Shown piece by piece: positions 19,186 through 28,460 of a stretch of DNA of 64,000 bases. The first letter of the stretch is position 1; each line of letters begins with the position of its first letter. Location of the stretch: contig SVDZ01000011.1 in the NCBI GenBank assembly GCA_015057625.1, positions 30,644-94,643 on the forward strand, written 5' to 3'. A program made the position numbers and the translations under genes. The notes beneath the pieces were generated by a model. The model ran no database searches, had not been told where the DNA came from, and worked only from the letters and a program-made list of their open reading frames with translations. This DNA is from Lachnospiraceae bacterium. GTDB taxonomy: Bacteria; Bacillota; Clostridia; Lachnospirales; Lachnospiraceae.

Positions 19186-20265
19186 CTATCTATCCAACAC
19201 AATCAATTTTCCGGTATCAACTTTCAGATAAAACGACTTTTCCTCATTGGTTTTTCCACTGAAAATCTCATCTTTTATTTCATCCCATTTTGGTTTTGAA
19301 ACTACCCATGTGAGTAGCGAGTCAGGTGAATCACTCTGATTACCGGACTGTCTGAAACAAACCATCACAGAAAATGTATCTTCTATGATTCTTTCCAAAC
19401 TGCATTTAAAAACATCCACATCATCATTACCGTCAACCAATTTGAAATAGTGAGCTCTAAATCCCACATTTGTTATATTGACCCCTTCTATTAAGGAATC
19501 CGGAATTCTTATCTTTATACCCCAGTCCGTTGCATTATAGATATCATCACTAACATTCTCAATGCGGGACACATTTTTGCATCCTGTAAGTCTGGTTGCC
19601 ACCACACTCTTTGGATGATCGAAGAACTCCTCCTTTTTTTGTATATCAGTCAGGCTTCCATTATCCATAACACCAATATTGTCTGCCATTTTGTACACTT
19701 CATTTCTGTCGTGACTCACCATAATTACAGGACCTGAAAATTCATCTATCACGCTATATATCTCACGCTCTATTCTGAATTTCAGATAATTATCCAACGC
19801 TGAAAAAGGCTCGTCAAACATTATCAATTCAGGTTTCGTCATTAACATTCTGGCCATAGCCGTTCTCTGACTTTGTCCTCCGGATAATTGGGCCGGATAT
19901 AAATCCTTGACACTTCCAAGATCAAATCTCTCTATAATCTCATCTGTCATAGAAGGTTCCTTAGCTGTGCAGGTAATATTTTCTCTGACAGTCATATTTG
20001 GAAACAGTGCGTAATCCTGAAACAGAAAGCCAATGTTTCTCTTTCTTGCCGGGACATCTATTTTTTTCTTTGAATCAAACAGTACTCTATCCCCAAGTAC
20101 TATCCTTCCCTCGTCAGGTTTTTCCACACCGGCTATGCACTTAAGAGTCATAGTCTTTCCACTTCCCGACGCACCTAATATGGCAAAAACATCATCCTCA
20201 ACCACAAAGTTTGCCTCAAGGATGAAGTCGTCAAAAGATTTTTTGATGTCTACTTCTAACTTCAT
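19186..20265 (-). CDS. modC: Molybdate ABC transporter ATP-binding protein
   Basis: Walker A GASGSGKT, LSGGQSQR, MFDEPFS, plus a C-terminal Mop/TOBE-like extension. It lies in the modABC context. Confidence 0.85.
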   Translation of the reverse strand: MKLEVDIKKSFDDFILEANFVVEDDVFAILGASGSGKTMTLKCIAGVEKPDEGRIVLGDRVLFDSKKKIDVPARKRNIGFLFQDYALFPNMTVRENITCTAKEPSMTDEIIERFDLGSVKDLYPAQLSGGQSQRTAMARMLMTKPELIMFDEPFSALDNYLKFRIEREIYSVIDEFSGPVIMVSHDRNEVYKMADNIGVMDNGSLTDIQKKEEFFDHPKSVVATRLTGCKNVSRIENVSDDIYNATDWGIKIRIPDSLIEGVNITNVGFRAHYFKLVDGNDDVDVFKCSLERIIEDTFSVMVCFRQSGNQSDSPDSLLTWVVSKPKWDEIKDEIFSGKTNEEKSFYLKVDTGKLIVLDR

Positions 20266-20924
20266 CGCTTCCTCCTTTTAAATCCGTCGGTAAATACATT
20301 CATAAGTACTAAAACCACCATAGAAAACATAATTATAAGACCAACCCACAAATACGCTTTTTCTCTGTTACCGCTCTGCATAAATGAATATATGGCTACT
20401 GACATTGTTCTGGTCTTTCCCGGAATATTTCCCGCCACCATTATGGTCGCGCCAAATTCTCCAAGGGCTCTGGCAAAAGATAAAACCGTCGCTGCCGCTA
20501 TGCCCGGCCATGCATTTGGAATTAAAACCTTGCGAAATATTTCCCACTCACTCATGCCAAGAGTTCGTGCAACATTGATAAGATTTGTATCCACCTGATC
20601 TATAGCCCCTCTGGTGCTTCTGTACATAATTGGAAATGAAACAATCGCCGATGCTATAACACCTCCTGCCACAGTAAATATTACATTTATTCCCACACTG
20701 TTAAGAAATCTTCCAAGAAAAGAATTTCTACCCATTAAAATCAGCAGTAAAAATCCTACTACTGTAGGCGGGAGCACCAGCGGTATGGACATAATACTGT
20801 CCACAACCGCCCTTCCTCTTTTCATATGTGAGACAGCAAAGGCTGCCATAATTCCTGCAAAAAAGGTTATCACTGTAGCCATCACTGCTATTTTTAAAGA
20901 TATCCATAATGGTGATAAATCCAT
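20262..20924 (-). CDS. modB: Molybdate ABC transporter permease
   Basis: EAA-loop region ARALGEFGATIMVAGNIPGKT, typical of ModB. Confidence 0.9.
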   Translation of the reverse strand: MDLSPLWISLKIAVMATVITFFAGIMAAFAVSHMKRGRAVVDSIMSIPLVLPPTVVGFLLLILMGRNSFLGRFLNSVGINVIFTVAGGVIASAIVSFPIMYRSTRGAIDQVDTNLINVARTLGMSEWEIFRKVLIPNAWPGIAAATVLSFARALGEFGATIMVAGNIPGKTRTMSVAIYSFMQSGNREKAYLWVGLIIMFSMVVLVLMNVFTDGFKRRKR

Positions 20925-20945
20925 ACTGCTGCCTCCAATATCTTA

Positions 20946-21770
20946 CTAATTACATTCATAGAATCCGTATTTTTTAAAGGTCTCCATTCCTTCGCTTGAA
21001 GACATATAATCCGTCAGTTTTTTAACTTCATCTTTATTCTCCGAATTGCTGAGTGTTCCTACCGGATATATAATATCCTTACACAATCCTTTTTCTGCTG
21101 TAGCGACAATCTTAACTTTGTCACTGACCTTAGCATCAGTCTCATAAACTACTCCGCAATCTGCTTCTCCAGCCTCAACCCATGTCAAAACAGTTCTTAC
21201 GTCCGCTCCCAAGTTGGCCTTTTTTTCAACCACGTCCCACATACCAAGACTCTCAAAAACCTGTTTTGCATATTTTCCTGCAGGAACTGACTCAGGATTT
21301 CCAATACCCACTAATTTCACTTTGTCCTCCTTAATATCCTCAAATGATGTCACATCATTTTTCTCTTTTGAAGTAATAAGCACAACCTTATTTTCAAGGA
21401 GATTCTTTGTGGAATCCTTATCAATAAATCCTCCTTCTGTCAGAATATCCATCTGATCTGTTGATGCGGACATAAACATATCTGCCTTTATCCCCTCTTC
21501 AATCTGTGTCTGAAGAGCACCGGAACTTGCATATGAGAAAGTCAAAATCACTTTGTTATCCTTCTCATATTTTTCCTTTATTTCATCACATACATCTGTA
21601 AGAGATGCTGCTGCAAGAATTGTAAGTTCTGCTTTTTTATTATCTTTTGACTTATCATCAGTTGTGTTGTCTGAAATATTGCTCTTACATCCTCCCAATG
21701 ATGCTGCCATTGTTAATACCAAAGCTGATATCGCTATTTTACTAATATTATTATTATCTTTATTTTTCAT
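20946..21770 (-). CDS. modA: Molybdate-binding lipoprotein ModA
   Basis: Lipobox ASLGGC, then ILAAASL...SYASSGALQTQIEEG periplasmic-binding pattern. Confidence 0.85.
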   Translation of the reverse strand: MKNKDNNNISKIAISALVLTMAASLGGCKSNISDNTTDDKSKDNKKAELTILAAASLTDVCDEIKEKYEKDNKVILTFSYASSGALQTQIEEGIKADMFMSASTDQMDILTEGGFIDKDSTKNLLENKVVLITSKEKNDVTSFEDIKEDKVKLVGIGNPESVPAGKYAKQVFESLGMWDVVEKKANLGADVRTVLTWVEAGEADCGVVYETDAKVSDKVKIVATAEKGLCKDIIYPVGTLSNSENKDEVKKLTDYMSSSEGMETFKKYGFYECN

Positions 21771-21774
21771 TCTT

Positions 21775-22248
21775 CTACCTTACAAAATGGCCACTCTTTC
21801 CACCACTTTTTTCTTCTAATCTTATATTTCCGATGACCATTGTTTTGTCGATAGCCTTGCACATATCATAAACAGTCAACAACGCAGTACTTACACCTGT
21901 AAGTGCCTCCATCTCTGCTCCGGTCTGCCCGTTGAGTTTAACTGTACATATACACTTAATCTCCAAACTCTCCTCAAGAATTTCAAAATCGAGAGCCACC
22001 TTACTCAAAAGCAGAGTATGGCAAAGAGGTATCAGTTCAGGTGTTTTCTTTGCCGCCATAATCCCCGCAATCCTTGCAGTTCCAAGGACGTCACCCTTTT
22101 TCACCTGGTTGGTAATAACAGCATCAATAACTTCCCTGCTCACTCTGATTGAACCTGATGCTACTGCCATTCTGTCTGTGTGTTTTTTATCTGACACATC
22201 AACCATGGTGGCGTTTCCGTATTTATCTATATGTGTTAATTTTCCCAT
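21775..22248 (-). CDS. moaC: Cyclic pyranopterin monophosphate synthase MoaC
   Basis: [42 protein letters not shown]. Confidence 0.9.
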   Translation of the reverse strand: MGKLTHIDKYGNATMVDVSDKKHTDRMAVASGSIRVSREVIDAVITNQVKKGDVLGTARIAGIMAAKKTPELIPLCHTLLLSKVALDFEILEESLEIKCICTVKLNGQTGAEMEALTGVSTALLTVYDMCKAIDKTMVIGNIRLEEKSGGKSGHFVR

Positions 22249-22271
22249 AATTTATCTACCTCTTACCTACT

Positions 22272-23306
22272 CTATTTACCGAATCCACAGTTTGGAAAAT
22301 GGCATTTCTCACAATTCAAACACATTCCGCCCTCTCCATAACATAAAAGATCCTTTGCATTTAACTGTTCTCCTGCAATCAATCTTGGCAATACTAAATC
22401 GAATATGGTTCTTCTTGCATACATTACACAGCCCGGCAATCCTATTACCGGTATCTGCCTTTCACCTTGTTCATAGTACGACAACAAAAACATAGCGCCG
22501 GGAAGTGTCGGTGCACCATAGCTGACTATCCTTGCACCTGTAGCCTTAATAGCACCCGGCGTCTGGTCATCAGGATCCACGCTCATTCCTCCGGTGCAAA
22601 GTACAATGTCCACTCCTTTATTTATATAATCATTAATGGCATTAACTATTGCATCTTTACTGTCATCCACTATCTTCTGCCCGATACACACAGCCCCGTA
22701 CTCTTCCATTTTATTTTTAAGCACCGGTCCGAAGGCGTCTTTGATAATGCCCTTAAACACTTCACTTCCCGTTGTGACAATTGCGTATTTTACAGTCTTG
22801 AAAGGTAAAATTGACAATATCTTTCTGTCGTTAACAATATCCTTTGCCTTATCCATCTTTGACTTTTCAATCACAAGGGGAATAATTCTTGTTCCGGCAA
22901 GCTTATCGCCTTTTTTTACCGGGAAATTTCCGTGAACTGTGGCAATCATCATCTCACCAAGACCATTGATTTCATTAAGCAGTTCTGTGTCAACCTTTAA
23001 AAGACCGTCCATCGCTGCCATGATTTCTATTTTTCCTTCCTTTGGTTCTCCACATTCAAATTCAGTGGCATCTCCTACACAAATGTCTTTAAGCACAAAA
23101 GCCGCCTCGTTCTCATGAAGCATATTTTCATTATTCTCCCAGACATATAAATGCTCTTTGCCAACTGACAACAAAACATCTATATCCTCAGGCTTAACTA
23201 TATGTCCTTTTCTAAAGACCGGTCCTTTGGATTTTCCCGGTATTATCTGTGTAATGTCATGGCACAACACGTGACCCACTGCATCTTTTGTATCTACTAA
23301 TTTCAT
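22272..23306 (-). CDS. Molybdopterin-binding (MoCF_BD) domain protein with a C-terminal Cys cluster
   Basis: DIVLCTGGMSVDPDDQTPGAI and a CLNCEKCHFPNCG tail. Start placed at MKLVDTKDAVGHVLCHDITQI (23306). Confidence 0.7.
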   Translation of the reverse strand: MKLVDTKDAVGHVLCHDITQIIPGKSKGPVFRKGHIVKPEDIDVLLSVGKEHLYVWENNENMLHENEAAFVLKDICVGDATEFECGEPKEGKIEIMAAMDGLLKVDTELLNEINGLGEMMIATVHGNFPVKKGDKLAGTRIIPLVIEKSKMDKAKDIVNDRKILSILPFKTVKYAIVTTGSEVFKGIIKDAFGPVLKNKMEEYGAVCIGQKIVDDSKDAIVNAINDYINKGVDIVLCTGGMSVDPDDQTPGAIKATGARIVSYGAPTLPGAMFLLSYYEQGERQIPVIGLPGCVMYARRTIFDLVLPRLIAGEQLNAKDLLCYGEGGMCLNCEKCHFPNCGFGK

Positions 23307-23350
23307 ATTCTCTCCAATTTCAATTGCATTTTTGATTTGAACGCCGGTTG

Positions 23351-24424
23351 TCAACATTCATCAATTCCAAAATACTTTTTTATGCACAAAAAAATCCCTG
23401 TAACATCATTGATATCATAAATATCTCGATATTCTAGGGAATCCATATCAGTTGCAATGCATATTAACCGCGACTTATCACAAACACTTTCAGGATAGAC
23501 TTCTCTCCTCACCACCTCAACTTTAGGAAAATGAGATTTTTTAAATCCTTCAAGTATGATAAAGTCTGGCCTGACATCCTCGGTTATTTGTTTTATAATC
23601 TCTTTCACATTGACAGATTTTCTGGTGTTCATAAAGAATCTTTTATCCGTAAGCGCAGCCGAACTCAAAGCTCCAGCCTCAAAAAATCTGTACGTATCCG
23701 TGCCTTTAACATCTTCGAGCACATCATGACCGTCGTGTTTTATGGTTGCAACTGTGTAATTATTATTTATAAATTCATTTATCAATTTTTCTATGAGAAA
23801 TGTCTTGCCACTGTTTTTGTAACCGCTTACCGCAAAACAAACAGGCTTAACAGCCTCAAAGTATTCGCTCTTTGTATTTATATTTTTGACTATTTTTTTC
23901 TCAAAGGACGTGTAACACAAATTAATATATTTTGTTCTTGCGCCTTTAATAATTTCGAATAATTTGTATTTACCCTCTGCTATCAGACTCTCTATGAGAG
24001 GCAACAGTTTTTTGGAATAAATTGCGCACAAAGGCTGAAGTCTCTCACCATCATCAATGACATAACAGTCATAATCAGAGCAGATATACTCTGCCATATA
24101 CTCCACTAAATCCTTTGTGACAAATGGCATGTCCGCAGCACACACAAACACATAATCCTTCTCTGCCTTGATAAGAACCTGTCTGATTCCCTCAATTGGA
24201 CCAATTTCTCTGTGTTCATCGTAAACGACCTTTGGTGAATACTTCTCATAAATTCCTTTTTGGGCAGCAGAAATAATAGGAGTATCAAACTCCATAAATT
24301 CGTTTGTAAGTCTTTGTATAATCGACTCATTATTAATTTGTAACAGAGCTTTGTTCTGTCCCATTCTGCTGCTCTTTCCGCCTGCCAATATAGCAACGGA
24401 AAGGTTGTTCACTTCTCTGTTCAT
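23351..24424 (-). CDS. mobA: MobA (molybdenum cofactor guanylyltransferase) fused to MobB
   Basis: N-terminal LAGGKSSRMGQNKALL (MobA). Central P-loop VSGYKNSGKTFLIEKL (MobB). Confidence 0.8.
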   Translation of the reverse strand: MNREVNNLSVAILAGGKSSRMGQNKALLQINNESIIQRLTNEFMEFDTPIISAAQKGIYEKYSPKVVYDEHREIGPIEGIRQVLIKAEKDYVFVCAADMPFVTKDLVEYMAEYICSDYDCYVIDDGERLQPLCAIYSKKLLPLIESLIAEGKYKLFEIIKGARTKYINLCYTSFEKKIVKNINTKSEYFEAVKPVCFAVSGYKNSGKTFLIEKLINEFINNNYTVATIKHDGHDVLEDVKGTDTYRFFEAGALSSAALTDKRFFMNTRKSVNVKEIIKQITEDVRPDFIILEGFKKSHFPKVEVVRREVYPESVCDKSRLICIATDMDSLEYRDIYDINDVTGIFLCIKKYFGIDEC

Positions 24425-24479
24425 AAGCCATTCCCCATTAGTCTTTCTGTATTAGTCTTATTGCATTAGTCTTTCTATA

Positions 24480-25691
24480 TTAATCTTTCATCATAAGAAT
24501 ATTCACTTCATGATTCTTTTTATATTCTTTATTCGCATCAATAATAACGTAGCAGTTACATTGATTAAGATTGCTGATAACTGACGAAGCATTTTTCTTT
24601 TCAAGATGCACCACGCCGTTTTCAAATCTCGCTCTCAAAAACCTCTTGGTCTTCTCGATTTTCCCATAATCGTCCGCCAGTATTCCTACATCTATTTTGC
24701 TTGCCCAGGTATCATTTTCGGTGATGTGTGCCAGCAAATCCCAGAAATAATAATCAAAATTGCACAAGGCTGCGTAAGGATTACCGGACAGACTAAGGAT
24801 AACTTTTCCATCCTTCACACTTGCTGTAGTAGGGGTTCCCGGTTTAATGTTGACCCTCTTAAACAGTACCTTTGCTCCGATACTTTCTATCACCTCCGGA
24901 AGCAAATCTTTTTTACCGACACTTACTCCACCTGTGGTAATTATAGCGTCACAACTACCAAGCATTTCTGTGATATTACGCTGTATAATATCCGCATCAT
25001 CTTTGCATATTACAGTCTTACAGATAAGTCCTGCCTTTTTAAGTGACGCCGCAAGCATATAGGAAATACTGTTATATATCTTTCCTTTTACAGGAGAATC
25101 ATTCACCGATAAAAGTTCTGAACCTGTACAAATAATGCCAATGACAGGTTGAGGTTTTACTTTTACCTCTGCAATTCCAAGACTTGCCAACATACCTACA
25201 TGAGCTCTGGTCAAGATAGTTCCACCTGTTATAACTATCTCTCCCTCTTCAATGTCCTCTCCAACTTTGCAATAATTTGTAAAGGGTGCCACTGAATTCA
25301 TTACAAGTACTGTATCTTCACCGTAATCCGTATCTTCCTGTTTCACAACCGCATCATAACCTTTTGGTACATAGGCACCTGTCATTATCCTTACTGCAGT
25401 ACCTGAAATCCATTCAGTTTCTTTGTAATCTCCGGCTAACATTTCTCCCACAACTTTTAACCTGACCGCACTGTTCTTTGATGCACCTTCAACCTCTTTA
25501 GCCTTAACAGCATATCCGTCCATGGCTGATTTTGGAAAAGAAGGGACAGCAAACGGAGATTTAATGTCCTCGGCAATAACTCTTCCGATGCTTTCCGCTA
25601 TAGATATCTCTTCATTTTCTCGTCCAATGATAAAAGCATTGTCTATCAATATTTGTTTTGCCTCTTGAATTTCCATTTTCTGTCCCTGCAT
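24480..25691 (-). CDS. moeA: Molybdopterin molybdotransferase MoeA
   Basis: SPFAVPSFPKSAMDGYAV, IRIMTGAYVP, ITTGGVSVGKKD. Confidence 0.85.
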   Translation of the reverse strand: MQGQKMEIQEAKQILIDNAFIIGRENEEISIAESIGRVIAEDIKSPFAVPSFPKSAMDGYAVKAKEVEGASKNSAVRLKVVGEMLAGDYKETEWISGTAVRIMTGAYVPKGYDAVVKQEDTDYGEDTVLVMNSVAPFTNYCKVGEDIEEGEIVITGGTILTRAHVGMLASLGIAEVKVKPQPVIGIICTGSELLSVNDSPVKGKIYNSISYMLAASLKKAGLICKTVICKDDADIIQRNITEMLGSCDAIITTGGVSVGKKDLLPEVIESIGAKVLFKRVNIKPGTPTTASVKDGKVILSLSGNPYAALCNFDYYFWDLLAHITENDTWASKIDVGILADDYGKIEKTKRFLRARFENGVVHLEKKNASSVISNLNQCNCYVIIDANKEYKKNHEVNILMMKD

Positions 25692-25757
25692 TTCTATATT
25701 TTTTCTTCTTTTAATTTTCTACTGTTCTATTAGTTTTCAGCTGTTATGCTTTTCCTA

Positions 25758-28460
25758 TTAGAGTTTTGAAATATTTACCGCGCAAACTTTGTACTCAGGA
25801 ATTCGCGCGAATTCGTCCAGCGCTGCATTTGTCAGCACATTAACCGGCGAATCTTCAAAGTGGAATGGCATCCAAGTCTCTCCCTCTGATACCTTTCTTC
25901 CCACTCTGGCAGTAGCAGTTATAGTTCCTCTTCTGCTGCTAACCTGAATCTTCTCGCCGTTTTCTATGCCAAGTCTTTTTGCATCATTGTAATTCACTTC
26001 GATAAAACCTTCGCCTGCAATGTCCATAAGACCTTTTGATCTGGTAGTCATCGCTCCGGCATTGTAATGGTAAAGTATTCTTCCTGTTGTCAAAATGAAA
26101 GGATATTCATCATCCGGCAATTCATTTGACGGAACATATTCTGCAGGATAGAACAAGGCTTTTCCTCTTACCGGACCATTTGCATGCATAATATATGTAC
26201 CCGGATGTTCCTTCGAAGTACATGGCCATTGCAATGTCTCTCCATCATCCAGTCTCTTATGAGATATTCCGGCAAAGCTTGGTGTAACAGATGCTATTTC
26301 ATCCATAACTTCAGCTGAAGTCATTGGCTTTTGAGGATATCCCATTGCATTCATAAGATCAATTATAATATCAATGTCAGAACGCATCTCGCCGTCCACT
26401 GTTACAGCCTTTCGGATTCTTTGAACTCTCCTCTCTGTATTTGTAAATGTTCCTTCTTTTTCCGCATAACTTATTGCCGGCAAAATCACATCTGCATACC
26501 GGGCGGTTTTTGTCATAAATAAATCCTGTACAACGAAGAATTCAAGACTCTCAAGTGCTTTGATAATATGTGTTGTATCTGGATCTGATACAACCGGATC
26601 CTCACCACATATATAAAGCCCTTTTATTTCTCCGTGTATTGCTGCCGGGAAAACATCTGTAGCTTTAAGTCCCGGCTTGTCATTAAGCTTTATGCCCCAA
26701 GCTTTTTCAAATTTCTCTCTAACCTGAGGGTTATCTACTTTCTGATATCCCGGGTAGTCCGTCGGCAATGCTCCCATATCACAGGCTCCCTGCACATTGT
26801 TCTGTCCTCTTAGAGGATTAACTCCACAACCACTGCGACCGAGTTTGCCTGTGAGCAATGCAAGATTTGACATAGTCATTACACCCTCTGTTCCTGTGGA
26901 ATGCTCAGTAACACCAAGGCAGTAGATAATAGGTGCCTTAGGTGCTTTTGCATACATTCTTGCAGCCTCCACTAACATATCAGGATCAACATGACATATC
27001 TCACCCACTTTTTCAGGTGTATAATCCTTAACTAACTCTTTTATTTTTTCAAAATCTTCTGTGTACTTTTCGATAAATTCATTATCTGTCAGACCTTCAT
27101 TGATAATAACATTCATCATTCCGTTCGCAAATGCAACGTTAGTACCCGGTCTTAATTTCAAATGTATATCTGCATACTTAGTAAGTCCGATATCCCTCGG
27201 ATCAACAACAATAAGTCTGGTCTTTCTGTGCTTTACCGCCTGTCTTATCTGCATACCAACTACCGGATGAGCTTCTTCAGGATTTGAACCCACTAAAAGT
27301 ATACAGTCAACATCATGCGTAATGTCGTATATAGGATTGGTCATGGCTCCTGAGCCCAATGTTTTAGCCAGTCCTGCTACTGTAGCTGAGTGGCATACTC
27401 TGGCACAATTGTCCGTATTGTTTGAGCCAAAACATGTTCTCACCATCTTTTGAACCATATAAACATCTTCATTGGCAGATCTTGAGCAGGCAAACCCCGC
27501 AAGTGAATCTCCGCCATATTGGGCTTTGAGTTCCATAAACTTATCTGCTGTGTACTTTATGGCCTTTTCCCAGGATACTTCCTCAAATGCTCCGGTCTCT
27601 TTATTTTTAATCATCGGATGTTTGATTCTCTCTTCTGATGAGACAAAATCATAACTTCCCGATCTGCCCTTTACGCATAACAATCCGTGATTAGACGGAC
27701 CGTCTGCCGCTTCAACATCCACAATTTTGTTATCCTTCACCACAAGATAATACTGACATCCTGTTGCACAATGAGGGCATGTAGTAAGAACTTTTTTTGT
27801 TTCCCACTCTCTGTAGTTCTGTCTTCTTTTAAGCACTAACGCCCCTGTAGGACATGCTGCAGCACAGTTTCCACAGGATTCACAATCTGTTTCTTTCCAG
27901 TCGCTTCCAAATGGCGCATCAACTATGTGAAATACTCCGGTCCTTGCATTTTTAAGTGTTCCGTTTCCTGCTGCCATACCGCAGGCACCAACGCACCTCT
28001 GGCAGTGAATACATTTACTTGGATCATATAACAGATAAGGATTATCTTTTAATTTTGGAAGTTTATCTTCAATATCTTTCCTTGAACCTTTGTAGTCCGT
28101 TCCATCAACTCCAAATTCGTTACACAGGCGTTGAAGAGAACATGCACCATTCTTCGGGCATGACATACATTCTGTATTATGGTTTGACAGGATAAGTTCA
28201 AGCATTTCTCTTCTGTAGGCTTTCAAGGTATCACTGTCTGTTTTGATAACCATTCCGTCCTTTATCATTGTTTTGCACGCTGCCAAAAAGCGACTATATC
28301 CTTCGATTTCCACCATGCACAGTCTGCAGGCGCCAATCTCACTAACGTCCTTGAGGTAGCACAATGTAGGAATATAAATATTATTCTCACGGCATACCTC
28401 CAACACAGTTTTGTTTCCATCTACATCATATTTTTTATCATTTATTATCACACTCATCAT
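25758..28460 (-). CDS. fdhA: Formate dehydrogenase catalytic subunit (NuoG-like N-terminal Fe-S domains plus molybdopterin oxidoreductase), Cys-type
   Basis: 2Fe-2S and 4Fe-4S Cys clusters at the N-terminus. Active-site region NCARVCHSATVAGL carries Cys where selenoenzymes carry Sec. The 900-aa ORF is uninterrupted. Confidence 0.9.
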   Translation of the reverse strand: MMSVIINDKKYDVDGNKTVLEVCRENNIYIPTLCYLKDVSEIGACRLCMVEIEGYSRFLAACKTMIKDGMVIKTDSDTLKAYRREMLELILSNHNTECMSCPKNGACSLQRLCNEFGVDGTDYKGSRKDIEDKLPKLKDNPYLLYDPSKCIHCQRCVGACGMAAGNGTLKNARTGVFHIVDAPFGSDWKETDCESCGNCAAACPTGALVLKRRQNYREWETKKVLTTCPHCATGCQYYLVVKDNKIVDVEAADGPSNHGLLCVKGRSGSYDFVSSEERIKHPMIKNKETGAFEEVSWEKAIKYTADKFMELKAQYGGDSLAGFACSRSANEDVYMVQKMVRTCFGSNNTDNCARVCHSATVAGLAKTLGSGAMTNPIYDITHDVDCILLVGSNPEEAHPVVGMQIRQAVKHRKTRLIVVDPRDIGLTKYADIHLKLRPGTNVAFANGMMNVIINEGLTDNEFIEKYTEDFEKIKELVKDYTPEKVGEICHVDPDMLVEAARMYAKAPKAPIIYCLGVTEHSTGTEGVMTMSNLALLTGKLGRSGCGVNPLRGQNNVQGACDMGALPTDYPGYQKVDNPQVREKFEKAWGIKLNDKPGLKATDVFPAAIHGEIKGLYICGEDPVVSDPDTTHIIKALESLEFFVVQDLFMTKTARYADVILPAISYAEKEGTFTNTERRVQRIRKAVTVDGEMRSDIDIIIDLMNAMGYPQKPMTSAEVMDEIASVTPSFAGISHKRLDDGETLQWPCTSKEHPGTYIMHANGPVRGKALFYPAEYVPSNELPDDEYPFILTTGRILYHYNAGAMTTRSKGLMDIAGEGFIEVNYNDAKRLGIENGEKIQVSSRRGTITATARVGRKVSEGETWMPFHFEDSPVNVLTNAALDEFARIPEYKVCAVNISKL

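Noticed and set aside
25758-28460. Selenocysteine (TGA recoding plus SECIS) in the formate dehydrogenase
   Set aside because: The 900-aa ORF is uninterrupted, and the active-site position reads Cys (ARVCHS). No in-frame TGA is present.
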